A stretch of 64,000 nt of DNA, taken from an uncultured Thermoproteales archaeon. Its GTDB lineage: Archaea; Thermoproteota; Thermoprotei; Thermofilales; B20-G17. A program made the position numbers and the translations under genes. The DNA lies in NCBI GenBank assembly GCA_965368245.1, contig CBDUMD010000005.1:9876-73875 (forward strand), read 5' to 3'. Of this stretch, positions 9,508 to 18,950 are shown one piece after another. Each line of letters opens with the position of its first letter. The first letter of the stretch is position 1. A model generated the notes under the pieces. That model searched no databases, was not told the origin of the DNA, and saw nothing but the letters and a program-made list of their open reading frames with translations.

Positions 9508-10257
9508 TTGATGAAGGGAGTTGAAGGAGTAATTCTATGTGGAGGAAAAGGGAAGAGGCTTAGGCCCCTTACATACTATTTTCAGAAAACCATGATACCT
9601 ATAGGGCGTAGACAGAAACCTCTCCTCGAGTACATTGTCAGGTTGATGAAATACCATGGCATAGAAAAGTTAACCCTACTGGTCAACTACAAGTATGAAC
9701 AGATTTTAAACTACTTTGAAACCGGCGACCGCTTCGGCGTCAAAATAGAATACTCTGTAGACGACCCGAAGCTTGCAGGCACAGGTGGAGCACTCCTCAA
9801 CGCCTATAGAAGAGGATTCCTAGACTCCGCAGAAACGATATTGATATACTACGGCGATATCTTAACGAACCTGAGTTTAAGCGACCTGGTTAACAAGCAT
9901 CTTGAACGCGATGCTACAGCCACGCTGGCTGTGGCTACACGGTACCAGGTGCCCGTAGGCGTAGCGGAAGTAGAGGGAGATAAGATCGTTAAGCTCATAG
10001 AAAAGCCTTGGATGCAACTATATGTTACTATGGGAATTTTAACTATAGACTCTGCTGCCCTTAAAACCTTAGATAAGATGGTGGGAGAGGAGGGTAAAAT
10101 AGATATAATGGGAGATTTCATCCCCAGGCTTATAGAAGATGGAGGACGAGTCTACGCCTACAAGTTTGAAGGCGAATGGTATGATGTAGGCTCGGCGGAG
10201 AAGTATGAGAAACTGGATCCCGCTAAAATAGACTCACTTCTAGGCTATCTTTTTTAA
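9508..10257 (+). CDS. Sugar-phosphate nucleotidyltransferase
   Basis: ILCGGKGKRLRP, GTGGAL, YGD, EKP and WYDVG motifs. Confidence 0.9.
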   Translation: MMKGVEGVILCGGKGKRLRPLTYYFQKTMIPIGRRQKPLLEYIVRLMKYHGIEKLTLLVNYKYEQILNYFETGDRFGVKIEYSVDDPKLAGTGGALLNAYRRGFLDSAETILIYYGDILTNLSLSDLVNKHLERDATATLAVATRYQVPVGVAEVEGDKIVKLIEKPWMQLYVTMGILTIDSAALKTLDKMVGEEGKIDIMGDFIPRLIEDGGRVYAYKFEGEWYDVGSAEKYEKLDPAKIDSLLGYLF

Positions 10258-10370
10258 TACGGATCCCTCAACTAATTCCAGGTAACCGTCTGGGATGACC
10301 TATAAAGGAGTAGATATCAACACCATGTTAACCCGTCGTCGGGGACAGGATAATAGGCGGGGTTAAGGGC

Positions 10371-11534
10371 TTGAAAAGGAGGTTAAAGAGTTTCCCAATG
10401 CTAAACGACATCATAGTGTTATCTCTTATACTTTCCGTCTCCACCCTCGTCAACGTCAATACTGTTATACCGTCCTATATGGGGTCGCTGGGTGCCCAAG
10501 CGTTTATCGTAGGCCTAGCTTACACTTTAATGGCTTTTTCCAGGGCGGTTGCGAGGCTCATTAGCGGGTTTTTAAGGGATGTTGCTGGCGAAAGAATAGT
10601 ATTGACCATATGTCTTCTTCTGAGGATGTGTGCATATATTCTCCTCTTTCTAGCGAAAGATGTACTGAATCTCGTGGCTGGACTGGCGTTGCTGGCTACA
10701 GCTCAGGGACTGGAAAACCCTGCACTCCTCTCAGCTACAGCTGTCGTTGCCGGAGAAACTGCTTCGACAGGCGCTGTTTTCGGATTAATTTTAACCCTGA
10801 GGATGGGGCCTAACATTGTGTCTCCTGTTTTATCGGGCTGGTTCGCCGATTCCTTTGGTGTAAGGAATATCTTTATTCTAGGTCTCGTGTTAACATGTTT
10901 TTCACTGTTGTTTTATACCCGCGTTAAAACCGGTTTCAAGCTTAAATACGCTGATCCGCTTGGAGTGAAAGCTGTTTTCCGTAAAGACCTGCTACTACTG
11001 CTTTTAGCTACGTTTTTTCTTTTCATCACAGTATCCTCCTTCATCCCCATTTTATCGTACTGGATCGGCGAAGAACTTGGCTACAGCTACCTCGCATTGG
11101 GCCTAGTTTTTTCTAGCAGGAACCTGATAGCCCTCTTCTCTAGAGTGTATTCTGGCCAGCTTTCTGACAGATTTGGGGAACTTAACATGCTCATGTGTGT
11201 TGGACTTGTCCGCGCCGTCGCCCTCCTCCTGCTCCCCTTCACGAAAGAAATAGCAGCCATAACTTTACTGGTGGTTCTACACGGCTCCCTGATGGCCGCC
11301 CCTCCCCGCAGTGCTTTTATAGCAAAAATGTTTGGGAAGGAGGATTACGGTAAAGCTTACGGCTCCGTAGGCTTAGCCCAGGATTTAGGGTCGATGGTTG
11401 GACCCGTCCTGATGGGGTTTATCGCCGACCATTACGGGTATACTGTAGCATACATGTCCATGAGCGGCTTTTTAATCGCATTTATCTTTACAATAGGCGT
11501 CTTGAAGCGTTTCTCCTCAACCCTAAACGGTTAG
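10371..11534 (+). CDS. MFS transporter
   Basis: 12 TM helices; motif-A-like GFLRDVAG and GQLSDRFG. Confidence 0.9.
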   Translation: MKRRLKSFPMLNDIIVLSLILSVSTLVNVNTVIPSYMGSLGAQAFIVGLAYTLMAFSRAVARLISGFLRDVAGERIVLTICLLLRMCAYILLFLAKDVLNLVAGLALLATAQGLENPALLSATAVVAGETASTGAVFGLILTLRMGPNIVSPVLSGWFADSFGVRNIFILGLVLTCFSLLFYTRVKTGFKLKYADPLGVKAVFRKDLLLLLLATFFLFITVSSFIPILSYWIGEELGYSYLALGLVFSSRNLIALFSRVYSGQLSDRFGELNMLMCVGLVRAVALLLLPFTKEIAAITLLVVLHGSLMAAPPRSAFIAKMFGKEDYGKAYGSVGLAQDLGSMVGPVLMGFIADHYGYTVAYMSMSGFLIAFIFTIGVLKRFSSTLNG

Positions 11535-11584
11535 AGGACAGGTAGAGATATTACTTTGTCAAGCATCATATTCAAGGGATACCA

Positions 11585-12769
11585 GTGGAGGCCATTAAGA
11601 AAATATATCGATTGGACTCGACTCTAGCTGAATCCCTCAAGGAAATCATATGGAGGTATGTAGAAAAGCTTAGGAAGGAGAAGGGAATCGACTTAGTGAA
11701 GATAATGAACTTCTGTGGTACGCATGAATGGACTACCGTACACTATGGATTGAGGAGCTTGATGCCCCAGGGCCTAGACCTCGTGGCTGGACCGGGGTGT
11801 CCAGTCTGTATAACCCCCTCCTACTACATCGAGACCGCAATTAAATTATCCATGGAAGGGGTTAGGGTCTACACCTTTGGAGATGCATACAGGTTACCTG
11901 CCCTGAAGCCTGTGAAGGGTGCAGGGAGCCTCGTCGAGGCAAAAGCCCTAGGCGGGGACGTGAAAACAGTCTACAGTTTCCTAGATGCAATCAAGGATGC
12001 CCGTAAAAGTGGAAGGACCTCGATTTTCCTTGGAATAGGGTTCGAGACCACAACACCCAGCTACGCAACCCCCATAGCCGAGGGAAAAGTTCCAGAAAAC
12101 CTTCTTTTCTTAAGTGTCTTGAGGCTCACTCCGCCAGCAGCTAAATACGCTATCAGAATAGCTATAGAGAGGAACCTACCCCCCGTCCAGGGGGTCATAG
12201 CACCGGGACACGTATCCACCATTACAGGCGCCAAGCCGTGGCATGAATTCAGTCTTGAAACAGGCATACCGACAGTGATCTCTGGTTTCGAACCCATCGA
12301 CCTACTGTTATCCGTGGCAAAATTGTTGAAGATGATAATGGAAAAAAGGGTTGGAGTGGAGGTCGAATACAGGAGGGTGGTGACCTGGGAGGGTAATAAG
12401 AGGGCGAAAAGGCTTATTGGAGAGGTCTTCAATGTGGTTGATGCGGCGTGGCGTGGGATAGGCTTCATCCCAGATAGCGGGTTAAAACTTAAGGATAAAT
12501 ACTGGAGACTTGATGCAGTGACCCAGCTTGGTTTAAGGGAGCCGAGTAGAGAGGAGTGGAGCTATGATCTACCTAAAGACTGCAAGTGTGCTGAAATCAC
12601 ATTAGGGTTGGCTAAGCCGACAGACTGCCCCCTCTATCTGAAGATATGTACCCCAGATAAACCCTGGGGGCCATGCATGGTGTCCCTCGAAGGGACCTGT
12701 GCCGTGTGGGCAAGGTTCGGGGGAGGAGGCTTAGCCTTGGACCTGGGAAAGGAGCTGGGATTAATATAG
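11585..12769 (+). CDS. hypD: Hydrogenase maturation protein HypD
   Basis: CGTH, GPGCPVC, GFETT, PGHVS and GPCMVSLEGTC motifs. Confidence 0.97.
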   Translation: MEAIKKIYRLDSTLAESLKEIIWRYVEKLRKEKGIDLVKIMNFCGTHEWTTVHYGLRSLMPQGLDLVAGPGCPVCITPSYYIETAIKLSMEGVRVYTFGDAYRLPALKPVKGAGSLVEAKALGGDVKTVYSFLDAIKDARKSGRTSIFLGIGFETTTPSYATPIAEGKVPENLLFLSVLRLTPPAAKYAIRIAIERNLPPVQGVIAPGHVSTITGAKPWHEFSLETGIPTVISGFEPIDLLLSVAKLLKMIMEKRVGVEVEYRRVVTWEGNKRAKRLIGEVFNVVDAAWRGIGFIPDSGLKLKDKYWRLDAVTQLGLREPSREEWSYDLPKDCKCAEITLGLAKPTDCPLYLKICTPDKPWGPCMVSLEGTCAVWARFGGGGLALDLGKELGLI

Positions 12770-12782
12770 GGGGTGGCTTTAC

Positions 12783-13091
12783 ATGTGCTGGGCTATACCA
12801 GCAAAGGTTCTGAAAATCCATGGGTTTACAGCTACAGTGGATTTCGGCGGAGGAGTAGTGAAAGAGGTTATTGTAGCCATGGAAGACATCAGGGAGGGAG
12901 ATCTAGTCCTGGTCCATGCAGGTTCAATTATAGGCAAAATAGATGAGAAAGAAGTCCTAGAAACACTTAAAATATACAGGGAGCTTGCCATAGAATCCGC
13001 TGTAGAGAGAGGATTAAAAAGAGATGAGGCTGAAAGGCTCGTCGACGAGAAGATGAGAAAAATAACGGAGGATTTGGGTGTGGGTTCATGA
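12783..13091 (+). CDS. hypC: Hydrogenase assembly chaperone HypC
   Basis: MCWAIPAKV N-terminus; GDLVLVHAG. Confidence 0.95.
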   Translation: MCWAIPAKVLKIHGFTATVDFGGGVVKEVIVAMEDIREGDLVLVHAGSIIGKIDEKEVLETLKIYRELAIESAVERGLKRDEAERLVDEKMRKITEDLGVGS

Positions 13092-14128
13092 AAGAAGAGA
13101 GGATTACTCTAGCTCATGGGGCTGGGGGAAAGGAGACCACAGAGATCTTGGAGAACCTGCTCTTCAACAGGTTGGACATAGTGTATAAGCGTGTTAAAGG
13201 TGGTGTTGGAATAGATCTACCAGACGATGGAGCGACCATCCCGCTTCCCGACGGAAGCTTCCTAGTGGTGTCCACGGACTCCTATACGGTGAAGCCTATA
13301 CGGTTCCCGGGCGGCGACATCGGTAAACTAGCCGCCTGTGGGTCTATAAACGATGTATTGGTGATGGGTGGCAAGCCCATAGCCTTCCTGGACATGATAG
13401 TGGTGGAGGAGGGGGTTCCCATGAGCCTACTGGAGGCCATAGTGGACTCCATGCTCAAGGTTTTAAGGGAAGAGAGAGTCCCCTTGGTCGGCGGGGACTT
13501 TAAAGTTATGCCTAAAGGCGGTGTCGATGGAGTGGTGATAGCTACGGTAGCCTTAGGATTAGCTAGAAAACCCATAATAGACGCCGAGCTTAAGCCAGGA
13601 GACCGTATTATCGTGACCGGCCCCCTGGGGGAGCACGGTGCCACCATAATGGCGTTACAGCATGGAATAGATGCGGAAAGCAAGGGGTTGAAAAGCGATG
13701 TAAAAACCTTAACAGGGATCATGATCCCCCTTATGGAAAAATATGGTGAATACATTCACGCTGCAAGGGATCCCACTAGGGGAGGGTTAGCAATGACCCT
13801 TAACGACTGGGCTAAAGCAAGTGGAACCGTGATAGTTGTAGAGGAGAATAATATACCTGTAAGGAACCCTGTTAAAGCTTACTCGGAGATGCTTGGAATA
13901 GACCCCCTCTACCTTGCATGTGAAGGAGTAGCAGCGTTAGGTGTGGAAGGTAGCCGGGCAGGGGATATCCTAGAATACCTGAGGAGACTAGGGTGCTGTA
14001 AAGCAAGTATAATAGGAGAGGTCAAGAAGAGCGAAAAATACAGTGGCCTTGTACTGTTTCAAAGCGCTGTAGGCGGTTTAAGAATACTGGAGCCTCCTAC
14101 AGGTGTACTGGTGCCCCGTATATGCTGA
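13088..14128 (+). CDS. hypE: Hydrogenase maturation protein HypE
   Basis: LAHGAGG, FPGGDIGKLA, RDPTRGG and C-terminal PRIC. Confidence 0.97.
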   Translation: MKEERITLAHGAGGKETTEILENLLFNRLDIVYKRVKGGVGIDLPDDGATIPLPDGSFLVVSTDSYTVKPIRFPGGDIGKLAACGSINDVLVMGGKPIAFLDMIVVEEGVPMSLLEAIVDSMLKVLREERVPLVGGDFKVMPKGGVDGVVIATVALGLARKPIIDAELKPGDRIIVTGPLGEHGATIMALQHGIDAESKGLKSDVKTLTGIMIPLMEKYGEYIHAARDPTRGGLAMTLNDWAKASGTVIVVEENNIPVRNPVKAYSEMLGIDPLYLACEGVAALGVEGSRAGDILEYLRRLGCCKASIIGEVKKSEKYSGLVLFQSAVGGLRILEPPTGVLVPRIC

Positions 14129-14144
14129 ACAGAGGCAGAAGACT

Positions 14145-16448
14145 GTGGAAGCATACAAAATTATTGTAACCGGGCTTGTGCAGGGGGTTGGCTTCCGCCC
14201 CTACATCTATAGGCTAGCAGAAGAACTTGGACTCAAAGGATACGTCAAAAACCTCGGTGGAAGCGAGGTCGAAATACACCTTGAAGGAGATAAACAAGAC
14301 GTTAAGAGGTTTCTTGAGCTACTGGAGAAGAAAAAGCCCCCTCCAGCCTTTATCGAGGAAACCAAGATAATTAAGGTGACGCCACAAGGGTTCAAAGAGT
14401 TCAAGATACTTTCCAGCGGAACTGTACGCAAAAAACCTTCCATCATACCACCCGACTTCGCGATATGCGATGACTGTATGAGAGAGGTTCTAAACCCTAG
14501 GGATAGAAGATATAACTTCCCGTTCAACAGCTGTGCATGGTGTGGACCACGTTACTCGATGATGTACAAGCCACCCTACGACAGGGAAAACACTTCAATG
14601 ATGTTTTTCCCGCTATGTGGAAGCTGCCTTCAAGAATATAGAGACCCCAAGAATACGAGGAGGTTTCATGCACAGGGTATAAGTTGTCCCGCTTGTGGCC
14701 CGAGACTGTGGCTAGAGGATTCAAGAGGGGAGATTATAGCATCAGATAACCCGCTGAGAGAGGCTGCAAGACTTGTGGATGAGGGATACATTTTGGCTAT
14801 AAAGGGGTTGGGAGGCTTCCATGTGGCAGCATTAGCCTCCGACGATGAAGTCGTATTAAAATTAAGGAGGAGGAAGAGGCGTAGGGAGAAACCATTCGCC
14901 ATGATGGTGCTTGACCTGGAAACTGCCTGTAGAATTGTAGAGGTGGATGAAGACTCTGCGAAACTGCTCTCCTCCCCCCAGAGGCCTATCGTCATTCTTC
15001 CTGAAAAAGACTATAGCCCTGTTTCCAGGCTTGTTGCCCCAGGATTAAACATGCAGGGTATAATGCTTCCCTACACGGCGCTACATTACCTTCTCCTAGC
15101 AGACACCAAAGATAAATTCCTTATAATGACAAGCGGGAACCTAACAGGCGAGGCGATGTGCACCGGTAACATGGAGGCCCGTATAAAACTTAAAGGTATA
15201 GTCGACTACTATCTAATGCATAACAGAAGGATTGTAAACAGGGTTGATGACAGCGTTTTAAGGGTTACGGATAAAGGATACGTGTTCCTCAGAAGAAGCA
15301 GAGGATATGCTCCTAAATGGATCCAGCTTCCCTTCCAACTCGATGGACACGTGATTGCTTTGGGAGCAGAGCTACAGAACACAGGTGCAGTCGCCTTCGA
15401 AGATAAGGCGGTGTTAACACAGTTTATCGGTGATTTAGAGGACCTGGAAACACTAAAAGACCTGGAGAAGTACATTAGGTTTCTAGCTGAAAGCTATAAC
15501 ATCGGTTTTAAGGAGAGCATAGTTGTGGTGGACAAGCATCCCCGATACCTCAACAGGCTACTCGCCAGGAAACTTGAAGAAGAATACGGGTGTCGTATCG
15601 TGGAAGTCCAACACCATCACGCACACATCGCATCGGTTATGGTTGAGGCTGGACTGGAACCCGACGAAAGTATCGTAGGAATAGCCATCGACGGCACAGG
15701 ATATGGCGAGGACGGCAATAGCTGGGGTGGGGAGGTGCTTTACGCAAGTTATGGATCATTTAGGAGGATAGGGCATTTACAATACCTTCCTTTACCCGGG
15801 GGAGATAGGGCGGTCAGGTACCCTGTTAGGATGCTGATAGCGGTTTTATCGACGTTTCTCTGCGATGAAGAAATATTCTCTCTTATTGAAAAAAGGAATC
15901 TTGTTAAGGGACTGCCCTACGGCTTCGAGGAAGCCGAACTGGCTTTAAGGCAGTGTAAGGCAGATGGTGTTTTGACGTCTAGCCTAGGAAGGGTGCTCGA
16001 CGCTACTTCCTCGTTGCTTGGAGTATGTCTAGAGAGAACCTATGAAGGGGAACCTGCGATGAAGCTTGAGGCATCGGCAAAAAACGGAAAACTTATCGAG
16101 GGCATCGAAGCCGATATAAGGAGTGTTAACGGCGCATTTATCGTCGACACCTCAACACTTTTTGAGGGACTTATAGAGAACCTAGATAAACCAGTGGAAG
16201 ATCTAGCGTATACCGTGCAATATGTTTTAGGCTCCATGCTTGCAGAGATAGCGGCTAAGACAAATCCCGGGAACCCGGTAATAGCCGTTTCAGGAGGGGC
16301 GGCAGTAAACTCCATAATATTGAAAAGTATTAGGGAAAAGGCTTCAGAACACGGTTTCAAGGTTATAGTAAACAGGAGGGTTCCTCCAGGCGATGGGGGA
16401 TTGTCTTTAGGTCAAATAGCGGTGGGATATTTCAAGAATAAAGTGTAG
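14145..16448 (+). CDS. hypF: Carbamoyltransferase HypF
   Basis: Acylphosphatase GLVQGVGFRP, zinc fingers, KGLGGFH, QHHHAH, DGTGYG and PPGDGG; start set at GTG 14145 (ORF track gives 14103). Confidence 0.96.
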   Translation: MEAYKIIVTGLVQGVGFRPYIYRLAEELGLKGYVKNLGGSEVEIHLEGDKQDVKRFLELLEKKKPPPAFIEETKIIKVTPQGFKEFKILSSGTVRKKPSIIPPDFAICDDCMREVLNPRDRRYNFPFNSCAWCGPRYSMMYKPPYDRENTSMMFFPLCGSCLQEYRDPKNTRRFHAQGISCPACGPRLWLEDSRGEIIASDNPLREAARLVDEGYILAIKGLGGFHVAALASDDEVVLKLRRRKRRREKPFAMMVLDLETACRIVEVDEDSAKLLSSPQRPIVILPEKDYSPVSRLVAPGLNMQGIMLPYTALHYLLLADTKDKFLIMTSGNLTGEAMCTGNMEARIKLKGIVDYYLMHNRRIVNRVDDSVLRVTDKGYVFLRRSRGYAPKWIQLPFQLDGHVIALGAELQNTGAVAFEDKAVLTQFIGDLEDLETLKDLEKYIRFLAESYNIGFKESIVVVDKHPRYLNRLLARKLEEEYGCRIVEVQHHHAHIASVMVEAGLEPDESIVGIAIDGTGYGEDGNSWGGEVLYASYGSFRRIGHLQYLPLPGGDRAVRYPVRMLIAVLSTFLCDEEIFSLIEKRNLVKGLPYGFEEAELALRQCKADGVLTSSLGRVLDATSSLLGVCLERTYEGEPAMKLEASAKNGKLIEGIEADIRSVNGAFIVDTSTLFEGLIENLDKPVEDLAYTVQYVLGSMLAEIAAKTNPGNPVIAVSGGAAVNSIILKSIREKASEHGFKVIVNRRVPPGDGGLSLGQIAVGYFKNKV

Positions 16449-16450
16449 TT

Positions 16451-17467
16451 CTAGCCGCTTTTCTCCCTTCCTTTGATGTAATAGAGTTTCTGTCTTAGAT
16501 CCCTTATGTTGGGTACTTCGCCTACAAGACCTCGTTTTTCAAGGAGTTGAAGCGCCCTTCTGACAGTTCTTACTGGTAGAAAAGTTTTGGAGGTGATGTC
16601 CTTCTGGGTTAATGGCCCCTCGTATTCCAGAACCTTATAGACAAGCTTGGCGCTTGGGGGGACATCTACCAGTCTCTCGGAAAGCTTAGCCTTCCTGTAG
16701 ATTCTCAAACCGAGGCTCGACGTTTTAGCTAACCTCACTAGCTTTAAGCTTTTCCTGTATTTAGCCACCGAAATATTTCCGGAAACCTTAAGCCTTTTAA
16801 CGCCGTCCGCTACCACCTCGACGCTGACCCTGCTGGAGATCTCCTCTAAGATTATTTTACGGTTTTCCGGTACTATGAGGGGGCGGCGGGCCGGGTCGAG
16901 GGAGTTTACAGGTGTCACTACAAAGACCCTTGAGCCTGGGAACACTAATGGCCCCCCAGCTGAAAGAGAGTATGCTGTTGAGCCTAGGGGTGTAGATATT
17001 ATGATGCCATCACCCCTATCCCTCCACACGAATTCCCCGTCTAGCCAGAGCTCATACTCCATTATGACAGCACTTTTGGAAGGGAAAACAGCCACTTCGT
17101 TAACCGCATGGATTTCCCCTCCACCATCCACCCGACCCCTTATAACGGGGTTTTCCTCGAGGAGGAACTCGCCTTCTGAAAGTTTTTCAAAAACCGTGTT
17201 AAGGTCGTTTAAACTTACCTCCGCTATGAAGCTTTCAGACTCATCTAATCCCACGGGTAAAAAAGGCCTAGAGAAACCTAGCCTATGAAACCAGTTGAGA
17301 AAGAAACAGTCGTCGCCAACAAGAATTATTAAATCATAGTTTTCGGAATCCTCTAGGTTGAAACAAACATCTATGGAACGTTCGGTTGCACTCTTCCACA
17401 AATCTTTTTCTAGATTCTCAGCCCTCCTCTCCTTATCGAATAAAATTAGCGCCTTCAAGGGCCTCAC
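16451..17467 (-). CDS. NAD kinase-like protein fused to a C-terminal winged HTH
   Basis: AVNEV and GDGIIISTPLGSTAYSLSAGGP; GGDG altered to GDDC; C-terminal PPSAKLVYKVLEYEGPLTQKDI...RTVRRAL...DLRQKLY. Confidence 0.88.
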   Translation of the reverse strand: MRPLKALILFDKERRAENLEKDLWKSATERSIDVCFNLEDSENYDLIILVGDDCFFLNWFHRLGFSRPFLPVGLDESESFIAEVSLNDLNTVFEKLSEGEFLLEENPVIRGRVDGGGEIHAVNEVAVFPSKSAVIMEYELWLDGEFVWRDRGDGIIISTPLGSTAYSLSAGGPLVFPGSRVFVVTPVNSLDPARRPLIVPENRKIILEEISSRVSVEVVADGVKRLKVSGNISVAKYRKSLKLVRLAKTSSLGLRIYRKAKLSERLVDVPPSAKLVYKVLEYEGPLTQKDITSKTFLPVRTVRRALQLLEKRGLVGEVPNIRDLRQKLYYIKGREKSG

Positions 17468-17506
17468 TTCGTCACAATAAAATATAGTGGAGGAGGGTTA
17501 ATAAAA

Positions 17507-17681
17507 TAGTATTGGGTTTGAGGCTGTGTCGGAAGCAGGGCGTCGGTGAATGAAGTGCGGCGGATCAATGGACTGTCAGCAACCCGCCGCTGAAAAATCA
17601 ATGCACCCGGTAGAATCCAAGCAATTTTAATGAACCTTGAACCCTGGCCCTGCTACCGACGACAGTTTCCTCCCAATATTA
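17507..17681. ncRNA. Unidentified long structured (rod-like) RNA candidate
   Basis: Nested inverted repeats: 17507-17516/17672-17681, 17528-17541/17647-17660 (13 of 14 pairs) and 17557-17563/17584-17590; TATA-like boxes at both flanks. Confidence 0.55.
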
Positions 17682-17808
17682 CCATTTAAATATATTCCAA
17701 TCCAGATATTTAAATTTTACTAGATACAAAAACTAGCAGAGGTCATATATGATGTTGCTGGAAACAGTAGCTACAATGGCTTTTAATTAAATATAAAAAA
17801 TAGGATGT

Positions 17809-17842
17809 TTGACACCCTCCCCGCTAAAGCAGGGAGCTTTCT
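17809..17842 (-). mobile_element. Solo IS200/IS605-type right-end hairpin
   Basis: AGAAAGCTCCCTGC-TTTA-GCGGGGAGGGTGTCAA on minus: subterminal hairpin ending in TCAA; no adjacent tnpA/tnpB. Confidence 0.6.
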
Positions 17843-17858
17843 GGCGTCATTTTTGTAA

Positions 17859-18275
17859 CTACTTGTAGACTTCCAGCTGAAAAGATAATTTAGTTCCGGA
17901 TTTCTCAAACAGGAGCCCTACAGGACAGTTTGCTAATGTATGTTTAAGCACTTTTTCTACTTTTTCTCTAGGTTCGTCTGTCTTAACCCTTATGGTTACT
18001 TTGGCTTCGGCGACTGTAGGCTCTCCTCCAGGCTTCTCCGCATCTACCTCGACTTCAAGGGAATGTACTTTAACCCGCATTTTTCCTGCAACCAATATGA
18101 ATATCGTGGAAATACAGCCAGCTAGGCTCATTACCGCTAGTTCAAGCGCGGTTGCACCAGTGTCCCTGCCTCCAAGGCTTTGTGGGAGATCCACCACTAC
18201 GCTGTGGCCTCTACCGTTGTCTAAAATGGATCTGTAACCCTCAACCCACTTTGCACGGGCTTTCAAGGCTTCCAA
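17859..18275 (-). CDS. OsmC family protein
   Basis: DLPQSLGGRDTG, ELAVMSLAGC and NCPV cysteine pair; start set at TTG 18275 to avoid overlap with the upstream gene. Confidence 0.88.
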   Translation of the reverse strand: MEALKARAKWVEGYRSILDNGRGHSVVVDLPQSLGGRDTGATALELAVMSLAGCISTIFILVAGKMRVKVHSLEVEVDAEKPGGEPTVAEAKVTIRVKTDEPREKVEKVLKHTLANCPVGLLFEKSGTKLSFQLEVYK

Positions 18276-18307
18276 CCAATTTAATATTAAAGTTTGTAAA
18301 AATATAG

Positions 18308-18874
18308 TTAACGTGTAATCCTCCCGAGAACCTCTTTTACATCGGTTACTTCCACTCCATATATTTTCTGCATGTAGTTTAACGCCCATTCATGGTCGCT
18401 TTCCTTGAAGCTTGCAACACAATCCCTTGGTACTATGATTTTATACCCTCGGTAGAAGGCATCGGCAGCTGTGTGTTTAACACATATATCCGTGGTTACG
18501 CCAACTAGGATTAAGTCTGTTACCCCCAGCTCCCTTAAAAGAAGATCCAACCCGGTTTCGAAGAAGCCGCTATATCTTCTCTTTTCAAGTACAAAGTCCC
18601 CGGCTTTAGGTTTAATTTCATCTATTACTTCGGCACCCTCTGTCCCTTTTACCGCGTGAGGCCCCCATAACTTAAATTCCTCGTCTATTTGAGGTAAATG
18701 CGCATCATTAACGTATATTACTGGTATTTTCTTTTCCCTAGCTTTATCTAAAAGCGTTTTTATGTTAGGTACGATTTTACCGGCTTTCTCGCTTCCAAGA
18801 ACGCCGCTCACGAAATCCTTTAACATATCTATTACCAGAATAGCTGTTTTACCCACTGTCTCACCAAAATTCAA
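18308..18874 (-). CDS. Isochorismatase-family cysteine hydrolase (nicotinamidase-like)
   Basis: VIDM, DAH, HAV, KRRYSGF and GVTTDICV catalytic motifs. Confidence 0.9.
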   Translation of the reverse strand: MNFGETVGKTAILVIDMLKDFVSGVLGSEKAGKIVPNIKTLLDKAREKKIPVIYVNDAHLPQIDEEFKLWGPHAVKGTEGAEVIDEIKPKAGDFVLEKRRYSGFFETGLDLLLRELGVTDLILVGVTTDICVKHTAADAFYRGYKIIVPRDCVASFKESDHEWALNYMQKIYGVEVTDVKEVLGRITR

Positions 18875-18950
18875 TAACGTCTGTGAAATATATATGGGTG
18901 CATTAGGGTAAGTTTTGGACCCCTCTTTTAAGGGGAAAGGTCAAAAAGTC

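Noticed and set aside
17507-17681. Identification as SRP RNA, RNase P RNA, 5S rRNA or H/ACA RNA
   Set aside because: Lacks the SRP helix-8 GNRA motif, RNase P P4 pairing and 5S loop C; the would-be H/ACA pocket is self-paired
18251-18262. 12-nt match (AAGCCCGTGCAA on minus) to the E1 hairpin arm inside osmC
   Set aside because: Short, in coding sequence and without other element features; compatible with chance
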